Source: an uncultured Pseudomonadota bacterium (lineage in GTDB: Bacteria; BMS3Abin14). From it: a stretch of DNA of 29,131 nt. Positions within the stretch are counted from its first letter, which is position 1. Each line of letters begins with the position of its first letter. The position numbers and the translations under genes were made by a program. Where the stretch lies: the NCBI GenBank assembly GCA_964454175.1, contig CAYVSA010000007.1, positions 1-29,131 of the forward strand. Direction: 5' to 3'. Below are positions 15,786 to 26,643 of this stretch, in pieces. The notes under the pieces were generated by a model that was given only the letters and a program-made list of their open reading frames with translations, was not told the origin of the DNA and did not search any database.

Positions 15786-16476
15786 AAATTATCCTGCTGC
15801 AGCTTGGGCACTGGTGGACGCTGCCCTGGGCGAGAACCTGATTGTAAAGCTGTGGAGGTATACGCATGAAGCATCCGCCGCAGACTCCTCCAGCAACGTT
15901 TACCACTCCCTGCCCGCGATGCCTTCTGAATACTTTCTGGTAGCGGCCCAGGAGCTCAGAGTCCACAAATCCAGCTTCGATCTTCCTCGTCTTTTCCAGA
16001 TCCTCGCGGTCGGTGACGATGTTCTTGAGTTTTTTGTTGGCCTGCCGTCTGGCCTTCTTCAGAATTTCTTCCTTGCTGTCCATCTCCCCGGTTATTGACT
16101 CAAGATTGCCTCTCACTTCCTCGACTTCAGCGTCCAGTTCCTTTGCTTCGGCCTCCAGTTCACCCCTTCGCTTTCTTGCAATTTCTCCTTCGCGCTGCAC
16201 GGCCCTGTATTCCCTCTGGGTTTTGACGGCAAGCATCCTTGTCTGCGACTTGCGCATCTGATCCCTTGTTTCCTTGATCAGGGCTTCGAGTTCAGCCTCC
16301 CGGCCAGACAGACCCTCCAGCTCTTCATCCACCTGATTTTTCTTGTTTTCGAGGGTCTTGAGTTCCAGCTCCAGCTCTTCGAGTTCTTTTGGTATTGCCT
16401 CTTCCTGCTGCTGAAAGGCAACGATTTTTTCATCCGTCTTCTGAAGATTAATAAGCCGCTCTAACATGCTGTTCAC
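15769..16476 (-). CDS. Coiled-coil protein with C-terminal C4 zinc ribbon (DUF164 / HP0958-like)
   Basis: L..LQ..D, long heptad repeat, REY, CGGCFM.IPPQ.YN, CPSC.RI. GTG at 16476 with GGAGGAGG RBS. Confidence 0.9.
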   Translation of the reverse strand: MNSMLERLINLQKTDEKIVAFQQQEEAIPKELEELELELKTLENKKNQVDEELEGLSGREAELEALIKETRDQMRKSQTRMLAVKTQREYRAVQREGEIARKRRGELEAEAKELDAEVEEVRGNLESITGEMDSKEEILKKARRQANKKLKNIVTDREDLEKTRKIEAGFVDSELLGRYQKVFRRHRGQGVVNVAGGVCGGCFMRIPPQLYNQVLAQGSVHQCPSCSRIIYVDET

Positions 16477-16523
16477 GATCATCCTCCTCCTGAACCTTAA
16501 AGGGCCGGTGGCCGGAATGGCCA

Positions 16524-17642
16524 TCACGCCCTTATGACAACCTCGAAGGGATCTTTTTCCTTCGAATAAACTATTTCTACTTCCACCCCCGCCCTTTTCA
16601 GGGCCTTTTGCAGCAGCTTGCCGGTCTCGATCATCCCAAACTTCTCGGGTGCGAAATGGCCTATGTCGATCAAAGGCAGATCCATTGCCTGAGCATCCCT
16701 GGCCTGATGGTATTTAACATCACCCGTGACATAAACATCAGCACCTGCTGCTTTTGCCCTGACTGCCAACGATGCACCGCTTCCCGTACACACTGCTACC
16801 TTTCCGGCCTTACGAACACCGCTGGATATGAGAAAAACAGTTGTGATACCGAGTGCTGCTGTAAGCATGTCAATGATCTCACTTATGGCAGCCGCTTTGG
16901 GAAGGCTGCCCACAAGACCCACCCCCCCCGCGGGACTAACTTCATGCAGCTGAAACAGATCAATTACCGGTTCCTCGTAGGGGTGTGAGTGACGAACTGC
17001 CTCTTGTGTCCGGCTCACCCTGTCTGCTTCAACAATCATTTCAAGGCGCATTTCATCCACCACCTCGAAAATGCCCGTATTGCCGACGGCCGGGTTCGCA
17101 TCTCCTGAACCAAGGAATGTACCTGTTCCGGGCCCGGCAAAAGAGCACATGCTGTATGCTCCTATGCTGCCGGCTCCGGACTCGAATGCTGCCCGGCGAA
17201 CCTTGTCCAGAGAGTCCCCGGGCATGTACACGACCATTTTAAACTTATCCCCGGATACACCCTCAAGGGGCCTGCGGTCGCTCAACCCTAATACGTCAGC
17301 AAGAATATGATTCAGCCCCCCGTCAGCTGCATCCAGATTGGTGTGGGCACAGTAGACAGCCAGGTGGTTTTCCAGGGCCAACGCCACAGCGCTTCCAGCC
17401 GGGCTATCTGGATCGACCCTCGAGAGGGGGCGGTAGAGCAGCGGGTGGTGGGAAAGGAGCAGGTCTGCACCTGCCTTTACCGCCTGGCCGATGACCTCAG
17501 TGTCCGCATCCAGAGACACCATGATCTTTTCGACCCGCCACCCCGGACTGCCCACCTGCAGCCCGACAGGGTCATCAGGCAGAGCCAGGTTCGCAGGCGC
17601 CATGTCTTCTATTACCCGTATGATGTCTTCTACTGAGGGCAT
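16524..17642 (-). CDS. Nif3-like dinuclear metal centre protein (long form with PII-like insert)
   Basis: AP..LA...D.VGLQVG, HHPL, AHTNLD, GAG.IG.YS.CSF, HPYEEP, TGDVKYH, DIGHF..E. Confidence 0.93.
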   Translation of the reverse strand: MPSVEDIIRVIEDMAPANLALPDDPVGLQVGSPGWRVEKIMVSLDADTEVIGQAVKAGADLLLSHHPLLYRPLSRVDPDSPAGSAVALALENHLAVYCAHTNLDAADGGLNHILADVLGLSDRRPLEGVSGDKFKMVVYMPGDSLDKVRRAAFESGAGSIGAYSMCSFAGPGTGTFLGSGDANPAVGNTGIFEVVDEMRLEMIVEADRVSRTQEAVRHSHPYEEPVIDLFQLHEVSPAGGVGLVGSLPKAAAISEIIDMLTAALGITTVFLISSGVRKAGKVAVCTGSGASLAVRAKAAGADVYVTGDVKYHQARDAQAMDLPLIDIGHFAPEKFGMIETGKLLQKALKRAGVEVEIVYSKEKDPFEVVIRA

Positions 17643-17658
17643 AGTCCGTACCAGGACG

Positions 17659-17689
17659 AAAAAAAGGTGCCCTCGTTTATGAGTGCACC
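17659..17689 (-). terminator. Intrinsic terminator downstream of the tRNA, immediately upstream of the nif3 start
   Basis: Minus strand: GGTGCACTC ataaac GAGGGCACC TTTTTTT. Confidence 0.7.
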
Positions 17690-17849
17690 CGTATCTTTCC
17701 AACAGTCCGGAGGTCCCGAGCAGGCCCTGGTCTTGAAATTAACGCTTACCCCCTGCATTCCGCACCCTCCCTGCGAAACCAGATGAGCATAAAATTTAGC
17801 CTGTAGACTTTCAACTTGCCGGGCTTCTCCTTCTGCATATTCCCGTTCT

Positions 17850-17926
17850 TGGTGGGCCCACTCCGACTCGAACGGAGGACCTACCGGTTATGAGCCGGTG
17901 GCTCTAACCAGCTGAGCTATGGGCCC
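17850..17926 (-). tRNA. tRNA with CAT anticodon, most likely tRNA-Ile2 (lysidine)
   Basis: GGGCCCA TA GCTC AGCTGGTTA GAGC C ACCGG CTCATAA CCGGT AGGTC CTCCG TTCGAGT CGGAG TGGGCCC ACCA. G1:C72 is paired, so it is not the initiator. Located downstream of rpoD. Confidence 0.93.
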
Positions 17927-17932
17927 GGAATG

Positions 17933-17961
17933 TAAGTAACCCTTTTCGCCTGCCTTGTCAA
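17933..17961 (-). promoter_or_regulatory. Putative tRNA promoter
   Basis: Minus strand: TTGACA, 17 nt, TACTTA, ending 6 nt before the tRNA 5' end. Confidence 0.5.
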
Positions 17962-17978
17962 CAGGGCCTGCGGCGGTT

Positions 17979-19841
17979 CTAGTCCTCATAAAAAGGCTTG
18001 AGCTGCTTGCAGCGGCTGGGATGCCGGAGCTTACGGAGAGCCTTTGCCTCGATCTGTCTGATCCGTTCCCTGGTAACGGAGAAATTCTGGCCAACTTCTT
18101 CCAGTGTGTGGTCGGTTCTTTCATCAATGCCGAAGCGCATTTTCAGAACTTTTTCCTCTCTCGGGGTGAGAGTCTTCAAAATTCCCACTATCTGCTCTCT
18201 GAGGTTGCCCTGCACCACAGCGTCACCGGGGGAAATAACCTTTTTGTCCTCAATGAAATCGCCCAGGTGGCTATCTTCTTCTTCGCCAATGGGTGTTTCA
18301 AGTGAAATGGGCTCTTTTGCAATCTTAAGGACTTTTCTTACCTTTTCCAGCGGCAGCTCCATCCTCTCAGCTATCTCCTCAGGCATGGGCTCTCGTCCCA
18401 GCTCCTGAACCAGCTGCCTTGAAGTCCGTATGAGCTTGTTGATTGTTTCGATCATATGGACTGGTATTCTGATCGTGCGCGCCTGGTCTGCAATTGCCCT
18501 GGTTATGGCCTGACGGATCCACCAGGTTGCATAGGTGGAAAATTTATAGCCTCTGCGGTACTCGAACTTGTCCACCGCCTTCATCAGACCGATATTACCT
18601 TCCTGGATGAGATCAAGGAACTGAAGGCCCCTGTTAGTATACTTTTTGGCTATGCTCACAACCAGCCTCAGGTTGGCCTCTACGAGCTCCTGCTTGGCAT
18701 CACGGGCGCGTCTTTCGGCTCGCCTGATACCCTCGCCGTCCGTAAGTATTTCATCGCACGTCATGCCCGTATCTTTCTCGACTGCTTTAAGCCTTTTCTT
18801 GGACTCTCTGAGCTGGTAACGGTATTCCTCCAGCTGCCGGACAGGCATGCCTGCCTCCCTGGCCACCGATTTGGCCTCACCTTTTTTGGCTTTTCTCAAG
18901 AGAACGGTCATCTTCCACTCGGACAGCTTTGTTCTTCTCTCGATCCTTTTGGTCTTGTTTCTCTCCCGAATGATCCTGTCTCGGATGGCAGTAACTTTGG
19001 CAGACAGACGTGCTATCTGCTTGCTGTTAAGATACATGTTTTCTATGTCTTTGGAGATATCACGAGCTGTCCTTTTTCTCTTTTTTGCCAGGTCAGCCTT
19101 TTTCTTCTCCGGGGCAGCAGCAAGCGCAGCATTCAATTCGTCCAGGCGAAGCTTGCGGTTAGTCATTCTCCTGAATGTCTTGTTTGCCTCTCTCAGCACC
19201 TCCAGGTCCCTCGCTGCAATCGCCTCAGGATCTTCCTTCTGCGTTTCTTTTGCAGTATTATCCTCAGAGCCATTTTCATCATCATCGTTGTCATCGTCTG
19301 AAGTTTCTTCCTGGTACGAAATAATGTCTTTCAGTTTGATTCTGCTCTCTTTGAGCATTTGGCCAAGGACAACGAGCTCCTCTATACATATACGGTTGGT
19401 GGCAACGATCCTGAGAACGTCTTTTTCCCCTGCCTCAATTCGCTTTGCGATCTCAACCTCACCCTCTCTGGTGAGGAGGTTGATCTGGCCCATCTCCTTG
19501 AGGTACAACCTCACAGGGTCGTCCGTCCGGCCCGCCAGCGCTCCAGTGCGCGCTGCCTTGGATGCTTTCTTCTCTGCCGGTGCAAGCTTCTTTTTGCCGG
19601 AATCGTCGTCATCTGTTTTGACCTTGATCTCCTTAACCACGATGCCTCGCTCAGAGTCGACTATGTCGATGTCCATATCACCGAAAATAGTCATTACTTC
19701 ATCGAGCTGGTCTGGCGAAACCATGTCCTCCGGCAGTGCGTTGTTGACATCATCATAGGTAAGATAACCCTTTTTCTGACCCTTGTTTATAAGCTCCTTG
19801 ATATCCTTTTTTTTCATCTTCTTATTCATCTTTTTGCTCAT
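17979..19841 (-). CDS. rpoD: RNA polymerase primary sigma factor (regions 1.1-4 with non-conserved region)
   Basis: [94 protein letters not shown]. Confidence 0.99.
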   Translation of the reverse strand: MSKKMNKKMKKKDIKELINKGQKKGYLTYDDVNNALPEDMVSPDQLDEVMTIFGDMDIDIVDSERGIVVKEIKVKTDDDDSGKKKLAPAEKKASKAARTGALAGRTDDPVRLYLKEMGQINLLTREGEVEIAKRIEAGEKDVLRIVATNRICIEELVVLGQMLKESRIKLKDIISYQEETSDDDNDDDENGSEDNTAKETQKEDPEAIAARDLEVLREANKTFRRMTNRKLRLDELNAALAAAPEKKKADLAKKRKRTARDISKDIENMYLNSKQIARLSAKVTAIRDRIIRERNKTKRIERRTKLSEWKMTVLLRKAKKGEAKSVAREAGMPVRQLEEYRYQLRESKKRLKAVEKDTGMTCDEILTDGEGIRRAERRARDAKQELVEANLRLVVSIAKKYTNRGLQFLDLIQEGNIGLMKAVDKFEYRRGYKFSTYATWWIRQAITRAIADQARTIRIPVHMIETINKLIRTSRQLVQELGREPMPEEIAERMELPLEKVRKVLKIAKEPISLETPIGEEEDSHLGDFIEDKKVISPGDAVVQGNLREQIVGILKTLTPREEKVLKMRFGIDERTDHTLEEVGQNFSVTRERIRQIEAKALRKLRHPSRCKQLKPFYED

Positions 19842-21634
19842 TCTGCTGGGTCTCCTCCCGATATACTCGCGGGCTCATCGGTACTGTCTGAAAGTTCAGG
19901 TATTTCTCTCTTGTGCTTTTGCTCAATAAGGTCCTGCCATTTTTTCGTGAGCTCACTGAAAGCTTTATTGTCGCCCTTTTCTTCAGCCTGCCGCAGGTTG
20001 TCCCTGGTTTCCTGGATTTGACGCTCCAGCCTTTTATTGGCAAACCACTGCAGGCAGTCGTCAAGAGCCTTGCCCGTTCCCTCCACAGGGTCCTCAACGG
20101 CCCATCTGGAGAGCAGATCCTTCATTTGATCACTGACGCTGTTTATGAGGCTGTCAAAGGTGGCGCCGCCGTACATGTCCTCAACTAGGCCTGCTATTTC
20201 CGGGCTGGAGATCTCTTCCGGCAAAACAAGTTCCCTGATCCTGGGAACAACAGATGTATCCCTTATCATAATGTGTGCGAGAAGCTCCTCCCTCCGGGGG
20301 ATCCTGTGGGGAGAGTCCTTGTCTTTCGTGCCGGCCTTCCCTGGCCGGTTTCTGCCGGGAACCAGCCTTGCACGCAAATCTCCCTGTTCGATCCTGAGTT
20401 CGTCTCCCACCTCCTTGACGTAAACACTCAAGGTAGCCCTGTCTTTAATTTTAACCAAATAGGGAACAATTGCATCAAGAACCTTTAGTCTGCCGGCTAT
20501 TGTATTATGATCTGCCACGGTCTGTTGCTCAGCGAGGACGAATTTGATGAGATCAGGCGCCTGCGACACCTTTTCACCGAGCTTTTCTGCTCCCATGGAA
20601 CGCAGGTAGCTGTCAGGGTCCTCGCCAGGCTCTAACTGCGCCACTCTGCACTCCAGTCCTGCCTCCAGTAAAATCTGCCCGCTCCTTAAGGCGGCCTTCC
20701 TGCCAGCTTCATCTGCATCAAAAAGCAGTACGCATCTGGTTGTAAGACGCCGGAGCCTTCCAGCCTGCTGGCTGGTAAGGGCGGTTCCGAGAACCCCGGA
20801 AACGTTCCCTATCCCTCCCTGGTGCAGAGCTATGACATCCAGGTAGCCTTCCACTAACAGCACTTCATCCGCCTCCCGGATATGGGGCGCCGCTACGTCA
20901 AGCCCGTAAAGTGTGGTTCCCTTGTTGTAGACCTCGGTCTCGGGAGAATTAACATACTTCGGTAAAGACTCATCAAGCACCCTCCCCCCGAAACCCAGTA
21001 TACGTCCGGATAGATCCCGTATTGGAAAAACAATTCTTCCCCTGAAGCGGTCGTAAGGCTCTTTACCTTCGCTGCTCACAAGGAGCCCAGATCTAACTGC
21101 AATATCCCTGGAAACTTCCTCGGCCTTGAGGACCCCGGCAAGAGATCTCCATTCATCAGGGGCATATCCGATCCCGAAAGCCCTGGATACATCAGAGTGA
21201 ATTCCCCTGTCTGACAGATAATCCCTGGCAGTTTTTCCCGGGCCCTCCTTCATAAGCTGAGCGCTGAAGAAGTTTGCCGCGATCCTGTTTGCCCTGAAGA
21301 TGTTGTCTTTTAATGAGCGGTCCTGCGAACTGGCTGCGTCCGTCTTCGGAAGGTCGACCCCTCCCCTTTGTGCCAGTTTTTCCACGGCATCAACAAAGGG
21401 CATCCCGTCGTAGAGCATTACAAACCTTATTACATCACCGCCAATGTCGCAGCCGAAGCAGTGGAATATCTGTTTTGACGGGTTGACCGTAAATGACGGA
21501 GTCTTCTCCTGATGAAATGGGCACAGTGCCTTGTAAGTTGCGCCGGACTTCTTCAGGGAAAGGACCTGCGAAACGTATCCTACCACCTCGTTGGCTTCCT
21601 TCACCCTCTGTATTGTATCTTCGCTCCAACGCAT
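19838..21634 (-). CDS. dnaG: DNA primase
   Basis: CPFH.EKTPSF..HCFGC zinc finger, DRFRGR..FPI, KY.NSPET, TOPRIM VEGY.DV, FDADEAG, DPD. Confidence 0.98.
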   Translation of the reverse strand: MRWSEDTIQRVKEANEVVGYVSQVLSLKKSGATYKALCPFHQEKTPSFTVNPSKQIFHCFGCDIGGDVIRFVMLYDGMPFVDAVEKLAQRGGVDLPKTDAASSQDRSLKDNIFRANRIAANFFSAQLMKEGPGKTARDYLSDRGIHSDVSRAFGIGYAPDEWRSLAGVLKAEEVSRDIAVRSGLLVSSEGKEPYDRFRGRIVFPIRDLSGRILGFGGRVLDESLPKYVNSPETEVYNKGTTLYGLDVAAPHIREADEVLLVEGYLDVIALHQGGIGNVSGVLGTALTSQQAGRLRRLTTRCVLLFDADEAGRKAALRSGQILLEAGLECRVAQLEPGEDPDSYLRSMGAEKLGEKVSQAPDLIKFVLAEQQTVADHNTIAGRLKVLDAIVPYLVKIKDRATLSVYVKEVGDELRIEQGDLRARLVPGRNRPGKAGTKDKDSPHRIPRREELLAHIMIRDTSVVPRIRELVLPEEISSPEIAGLVEDMYGGATFDSLINSVSDQMKDLLSRWAVEDPVEGTGKALDDCLQWFANKRLERQIQETRDNLRQAEEKGDNKAFSELTKKWQDLIEQKHKREIPELSDSTDEPASISGGDPAE

Positions 21635-21639
21635 TCCTG

Positions 21640-23988
21640 TTACTCTTTGACGCGCACTATTGTTACACCGGAGCCGCCTTCTTTCATGCCTCCGGCACGG
21701 CTGGAAATAACCCTCGGATCCTGCCTGAGGGACTCTGTAATTGCTTCTCTCAAGGCACCAGTGCCTTTGCCGTGAATGATCCTGAGCGTACTGCCAGGAC
21801 CAAGCATCATCCTGTCCAGGACTGTATCGACCTGGGCCAGGGCTTCCGGTACCGTGAACCCCAGCAGGCTTATCTCGCCAGGAGCCTCCCTGCTCCCCGT
21901 ATAGCCCACCGCCAGCGAGTCCTTCCCCTGCCGGCCTTTTTCGCGGGTGACTCCCAGGGGGGTCAGGTCGGAGACCGCGGCTTTCATCCTGATCCCGCCA
22001 GAAACGACCTCGGCATCTTCGCCGCCCGAAAACACAGACACAACCGTTCCCTCCGCACCCAGCGGCACGACCTCAACAAGATCACCAATGGTCACTGGGC
22101 CGCCGGCACCCCTTTTTCTGGGAGGAAGAGGTATTTTCTCCGCAGCATCCGCTGCCATTGCGTCAATCTCGCGGTTGAAGACCTTTTCCCCTTCAGTCCC
22201 GGCATCCCGGGCTTCCCGTAACAGCTTCTTGCCCTGCTGCTTTATCTGCCTTATGAGAGCCATTGCTTCTCTTCTGGACCTGGACTGTTCTTCTTTCAGC
22301 TCCTCAAGGACCTGAACCTGCACCTTACGCAGTCGTTCCTGATCAGTCTCGATGGCATCCCTTGCGTTTTCCACCCTGCGCCTGGCGGCTGACTCTTTTT
22401 CTATCTCCACTGAAAGCCTTCCCAGCAGGTCATCGACACCTGCGCCCTCTGGACCCATAATCTGTCTGGCTCTGGCAGTAACCTCTTCTGCAAGGCCCAG
22501 TCTCGCGGCTATCTCCAGAGCGTAGCTTCTGCCGGGGGCTCCCATCCTCAGCTCAAAAACGGGTTTTAACGTGGCCGCGTCGAATACCACCGATGCATTT
22601 TCCGCATACTCTGCATTATAAGCGAACTCTTTGAGCAGGTTGTGGTGTGTCGTCACCACCGTCCAGGCTCCACAGCGGCGCAGATGCTCCAGAATAGCTA
22701 TACCCAGAGCTGATCCTTCCTGGGGGTCGGTACCGGCCCCCATTTCGTCGAGAAGGGCCAGCGTCTGATCGTCTGCCTCAGAAAGTATCTCTGATACCAC
22801 AGACATGTGTGATGAAAATGTGCTCAAGCTCTGGGCCAGGCTCTGCTCGTCCCCAATGTCAGCAAAGATCTTTTTAAAAACCCTTATTCTACTGTCTTCT
22901 CCCACTGGCACTGGAATACCTGTCTGGGCCATTAGTGTTATAAGCCCCAGGGTCTTCAAGGCGACCGTCTTACCTCCAGTGTTCGGTCCGGTGATAACGA
23001 GGGTTGTCACCTGGTCCCCCAGTTCCATATCTATGGGGACACAGCCTCCTCCCTCCAAAAGCAGAAGGAGTGGATGTTTGGCCCGGGAAAGTCTCGCAGT
23101 GTCTGGCGAGACCTCGGGAACCGCACCATCTACCTGCAGCCCCAGTCGTCCCTTGGCAAAAATGAGGTCAAATTCAACGACAAGGTCCAGGTTAAGGGCC
23201 ATCGACTCCCTGTAGCCCCTGGCCTCCTCGCTGATGAACTTCATGATCTTCCTTATTTCATCCTCTTCCTGTCCCCTGAGTTTTGCCAGACGGTTATTCT
23301 TCTCAACAACAAAAAGCGGCTCGATGAAGAGCGTCTGTCCGCTCTGTGATGTATCCTGCACAACACCGGAAAAAGCCCTGTGATATTCAGGCTTTACCGG
23401 GACAACATAACGGTCGTTTCGCTGGGTTACATAGTTTTCTCTCAACACTTTACCGATCGAAGGTTTTGTGATGAACTCTTCAAGTTTCGAAAGAAGCGAC
23501 CTCCTGCAGGATATCTGCTCTTTTCTCACCGCAGCAAGTTCGGAGCTGGCACTATCCTGCACCTGCCCGTCCTCGTCCAGAGACCTTCTGACCAGTTTCT
23601 CCCAGGCAGGAAGAGGGTTCATCTGCGACACCAGCCCTGAGAGGCCCGGCAGAGCACTTGCCCTGTCCTTTACAGCGCCCCGGGCAGCTCTGACCCCAAG
23701 CTGAACGGAGTAAAGCTCCAGTACTGCCTGTGCGTCCAGAATAGCTCCGCGCATGGCAAGCCTGCCAATAACCGGGCGGGTATCTACTACGCCGGCAAGG
23801 TCCGGGAGCCCGTCCTCGAGGACCTTCAGGGCCTCCTGAGTCAAAGCTAGTGCGGCGGTCACATCCGCTCGCTTTGTACAGGGCGCGAGGTCTTTTGCCG
23901 CTTCCTTTGCAGGCTGCGATTGGGCAAAACCCGAAAGGTGGCTCAGCAGATCGTAATATTCCAGAACTTTAAGGGTGTGCTTATCCAT
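21640..23988 (-). CDS. mutS2: Endonuclease MutS2 with Smr domain
   Basis: S.SGQTLFIEP, ITGPNTGGKT, ADIGDEQS..QSLSTFSSHM, DE.GAGTDP.EG, IIHGKGTGAL, EGG.GVT. Confidence 0.97.
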   Translation of the reverse strand: MDKHTLKVLEYYDLLSHLSGFAQSQPAKEAAKDLAPCTKRADVTAALALTQEALKVLEDGLPDLAGVVDTRPVIGRLAMRGAILDAQAVLELYSVQLGVRAARGAVKDRASALPGLSGLVSQMNPLPAWEKLVRRSLDEDGQVQDSASSELAAVRKEQISCRRSLLSKLEEFITKPSIGKVLRENYVTQRNDRYVVPVKPEYHRAFSGVVQDTSQSGQTLFIEPLFVVEKNNRLAKLRGQEEDEIRKIMKFISEEARGYRESMALNLDLVVEFDLIFAKGRLGLQVDGAVPEVSPDTARLSRAKHPLLLLLEGGGCVPIDMELGDQVTTLVITGPNTGGKTVALKTLGLITLMAQTGIPVPVGEDSRIRVFKKIFADIGDEQSLAQSLSTFSSHMSVVSEILSEADDQTLALLDEMGAGTDPQEGSALGIAILEHLRRCGAWTVVTTHHNLLKEFAYNAEYAENASVVFDAATLKPVFELRMGAPGRSYALEIAARLGLAEEVTARARQIMGPEGAGVDDLLGRLSVEIEKESAARRRVENARDAIETDQERLRKVQVQVLEELKEEQSRSRREAMALIRQIKQQGKKLLREARDAGTEGEKVFNREIDAMAADAAEKIPLPPRKRGAGGPVTIGDLVEVVPLGAEGTVVSVFSGGEDAEVVSGGIRMKAAVSDLTPLGVTREKGRQGKDSLAVGYTGSREAPGEISLLGFTVPEALAQVDTVLDRMMLGPGSTLRIIHGKGTGALREAITESLRQDPRVISSRAGGMKEGGSGVTIVRVKE

Positions 23989-24062
23989 TTTGCCCTAGCG
24001 AGGCGATGAAAAAGAATCAGGTGTACAGTCCCAGGGTGTGATCTGAATGGTACATGTTCCGC

Positions 24063-24509
24063 TTAACCGGAGAGCAATTCCTTTACGATGCTGTTTACCA
24101 CTTTGCCGTCAGCCCTCCCGCGCACCCTGGGCATTACCTCTTTCATGACCTTGCCCATGTCTGCAGGGGATGATGATCCAGTAGCTCGAACTGCTTCGCT
24201 GACGATCTCTCTTATCTTTTCGGGCGTTAGCTGCTCCGGGAGATATTCTTCCAGGATCTTGAGTTCGCGCTCCTCTTTTTGAGCGAGATCCTCCCTGCCG
24301 CCGTCCCTGAAAGCATCTGAACTTTCTTTACTGCGCTTGGCCGAAGACACAACAACCTCTAATATCTGGTCATCGTCAAGATCGTCTTTCAGCTCGATCT
24401 CCCGGTTCTTGATCGCAGCAATAACAAGGCGAAGGACGGAGACTCTCTCTCCGTCCTTCGCCTTCATAGATTTCTTGAGATCTTCCTGGATTCTCTTCCG
24501 AATTGTCAA
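24063..24509 (-). CDS. GatB/YqeY domain protein
   Basis: DLK..MKAKD, GGREDLA..E, YLPEQL, DMGKVM, GRADG. Lies directly after rpsU. Confidence 0.95.
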   Translation of the reverse strand: MTIRKRIQEDLKKSMKAKDGERVSVLRLVIAAIKNREIELKDDLDDDQILEVVVSSAKRSKESSDAFRDGGREDLAQKEERELKILEEYLPEQLTPEKIREIVSEAVRATGSSSPADMGKVMKEVMPRVRGRADGKVVNSIVKELLSG

Positions 24510-24510
24510 C

Positions 24511-24708
24511 TCAGCGCGGCCGCCTTTTAGCCAGTTTGGCCATCTTTTTACGAGCAGCTATCATCTTGCGTTTTTTCTGAATGCTTGGCTTCTCGTAATA
24601 TTCTCGCCTGCGTATTTCTGAAAGGATCCCTGATTTTTCGCACTGCTTTTTAAATCGGCGAAGGGCTCCTTCAAAGCTTTCATTATCTCTTACCCTTACA
24701 CCAGGCAT
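24511..24708 (-). CDS. rpsU: 30S ribosomal protein bS21
   Basis: [42 protein letters not shown]. Confidence 0.98.
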   Translation of the reverse strand: MPGVRVRDNESFEGALRRFKKQCEKSGILSEIRRREYYEKPSIQKKRKMIAARKKMAKLAKRRPR

Positions 24709-24754
24709 TTACAACCCTCCCTCCCACATTGGGATAATCTTAACTGAACTTTGC

Positions 24755-24783
24755 AGTATATATGCGCTACAATTGATTTTCAA
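24755..24783 (-). promoter_or_regulatory. Sigma70 promoter of the rpsU-dnaG-rpoD operon
   Basis: Minus strand: TTGAAA, 17 nt, TATACT. The -35 element overlaps the HIT stop codon. Confidence 0.7.
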
Positions 24784-25130
24784 GTGCTTTGTACCATCGG
24801 GCCCAGGTGCCTGCCACCTATAATGTGGAGATGGAGGTGAAAAACTACCTGTCCTCCGTCGCTGTTGCAGTTGACCAGGATCCGGTAGCCTGAATCTGCT
24901 ACACCACGTTCCTTTGCGATCCCGGTTGCAGCAAGGACCATCCTGCCGAGCAGCCCCTCCCTGGACGCATCCATATCGTTAAGGGTGGAAATGTGCTCCC
25001 TCGGGACTACGAGAACGTGAACGGGAGCCCTCGGATCTATGTCGTCAAAAGCGATCATCTCATCATCTTCGTACACAATTTTAGAGGGGATCTTTCCCTC
25101 GACTATCTGGCAAAAAATACAGTCCGACAT
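24780..25130 (-). CDS. hinT: Histidine triad nucleotide-binding protein (HinT family)
   Basis: DCIFC.I..G.IP, AF.DI.P.APVH.L, GQ.VFHLHLH.IGG. Confidence 0.93.
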   Translation of the reverse strand: MSDCIFCQIVEGKIPSKIVYEDDEMIAFDDIDPRAPVHVLVVPREHISTLNDMDASREGLLGRMVLAATGIAKERGVADSGYRILVNCNSDGGQVVFHLHLHIIGGRHLGPMVQST

Positions 25131-25133
25131 GGC

Positions 25134-25838
25134 TTAACTCCCTTCCCTGCGCGAAGCTTTCTCCTTCAGCCCAGAGCGTCCGAAACGTCCAGCAAGCTCT
25201 TCCATCACTTCTTGAGGCCTCACTTCTGACCAGCCCAGAACAACCCACAGGTGATACAGCAGGTCGGCAGCTTCACTGATAACCCTGTCGCCTTTGCCTC
25301 CTTCTGCTGCATTAATAAGCTCAAAGCCCTCTTCCAGGATCTTTTTGCCCATCACTTCCGTGCCTCCTGCCAGAAGCTGTGTCGTGTAGGAGTCCTTCCT
25401 GGGATTATTCTTGCGGTCGACGATGACACCATAGAGACGGTCCAGGACCTCCCTGGCCTCTGCGCCCCCATAGACCTTTTCCGGGTCGAATACAGCCTCG
25501 CCGGAACCATCCTCACGCATCATGGATCGATAGAAACAGGAGTAGTGGCCGGTGTGACAGGCTGCCACTTCCTGATCGACCTTCACGAGGACTGCATCGG
25601 CGTCACAATCGTAAAGTACATCTCTGACTGCCTGTACGTGGCCGGAAGACTCCCCCTTTTTCCAGAGTTTCTGCCTGCTGCGTGAAAAAAAATGTGTGAA
25701 ACCGGTTTCCAGGGTAAGACGCACAGCCTCATCGTTCATGTACGCCACCATTAACACGTCTCCTGAAGACGAATCCTGGATAATGGCCGGTATCAGTCCA
25801 TCCGAACCAAATTTTAGATCAGTCGGGTTTAGGGACAA
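25134..25838 (-). CDS. hisIE: Bifunctional phosphoribosyl-AMP cyclohydrolase / phosphoribosyl-ATP pyrophosphatase
   Basis: GLIPAI.QD, SRSR..LW.KGESSG, DCDAD, ACHTG..SCF, SYT..L, KKI.EE, E.ADL.YH. TTG at 25838 with AAGGAGG RBS. Confidence 0.95.
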   Translation of the reverse strand: MSLNPTDLKFGSDGLIPAIIQDSSSGDVLMVAYMNDEAVRLTLETGFTHFFSRSRQKLWKKGESSGHVQAVRDVLYDCDADAVLVKVDQEVAACHTGHYSCFYRSMMREDGSGEAVFDPEKVYGGAEAREVLDRLYGVIVDRKNNPRKDSYTTQLLAGGTEVMGKKILEEGFELINAAEGGKGDRVISEAADLLYHLWVVLGWSEVRPQEVMEELAGRFGRSGLKEKASRREGS

Positions 25839-25854
25839 GGAAGCCTCCTTCAAC

Positions 25855-26643
25855 TTATATCCTGACGTTAATACCACGGGAATGCAGGTACTCTTTGGCT
25901 TCAGGTATCGTGAACTCCTTGAAGTGAAAGATTGAAGCGGCGAGCACTGCGCTGGCGCCACCCTTTTCAAGACCTTCACAGAGGTGCTCAAGAGTCCCAG
26001 CCCCTCCAGAGGCGATAACAGGTATCCCAATTCTGTCAGAGATAGTTCTTGTAAGCTCGATGTCGTAGCCGTCTTTGGTGCCGTCTCTGTCCATACTGGT
26101 GAGGAGTATCTCTCCCGCGCCGTACTCCTCCATTTTTGAAGCCCATTCTACCGCATCTAATCCGGACGACTCCCGCCCACCGTGGGTGTATACCTCCCAG
26201 TACGGCTTTTTGCCCGAACTATCGGTCCTCTTCGCGTCTATGGCAACTACGATACACTGGGACCCGAACCTGAGTGACGCCTCGCGTACGAACTCCGGCC
26301 TGAAGACAGCAGCAGTGTTGATGCTGACCTTGTCGGCCCCGGCTTTAAGCAATTCTCGTATATTTTCCAGGTTCCGGACCCCGCCTCCCACGGTAAGGGG
26401 CATGAACACCGTTTCGGCAGTCCTCTTGACAACATCCAGCAGGATCTCCCTGCGATCCGAGGTCGCCGTTATATCGAGGAAAGTTACTTCGTCGGCGCCC
26501 TGCTGATCATAGGCAGCAGCTACTTCCACCGGGTCGCCGGCATCTACAAGGTTAACGAACTGGACGCCCTTGACGACCCTGCCCTCGGTAACATCAAGGC
26601 ACGGGATTATGCGTTTGGCGAGGCTGTTTTTTCCCTCTGTCAC
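25855..26643 (-). CDS. hisF: Imidazole glycerol phosphate synthase cyclase subunit
   Basis: [56 protein letters not shown]. Confidence 0.98.
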   Translation of the reverse strand: MTEGKNSLAKRIIPCLDVTEGRVVKGVQFVNLVDAGDPVEVAAAYDQQGADEVTFLDITATSDRREILLDVVKRTAETVFMPLTVGGGVRNLENIRELLKAGADKVSINTAAVFRPEFVREASLRFGSQCIVVAIDAKRTDSSGKKPYWEVYTHGGRESSGLDAVEWASKMEEYGAGEILLTSMDRDGTKDGYDIELTRTISDRIGIPVIASGGAGTLEHLCEGLEKGGASAVLAASIFHFKEFTIPEAKEYLHSRGINVRI

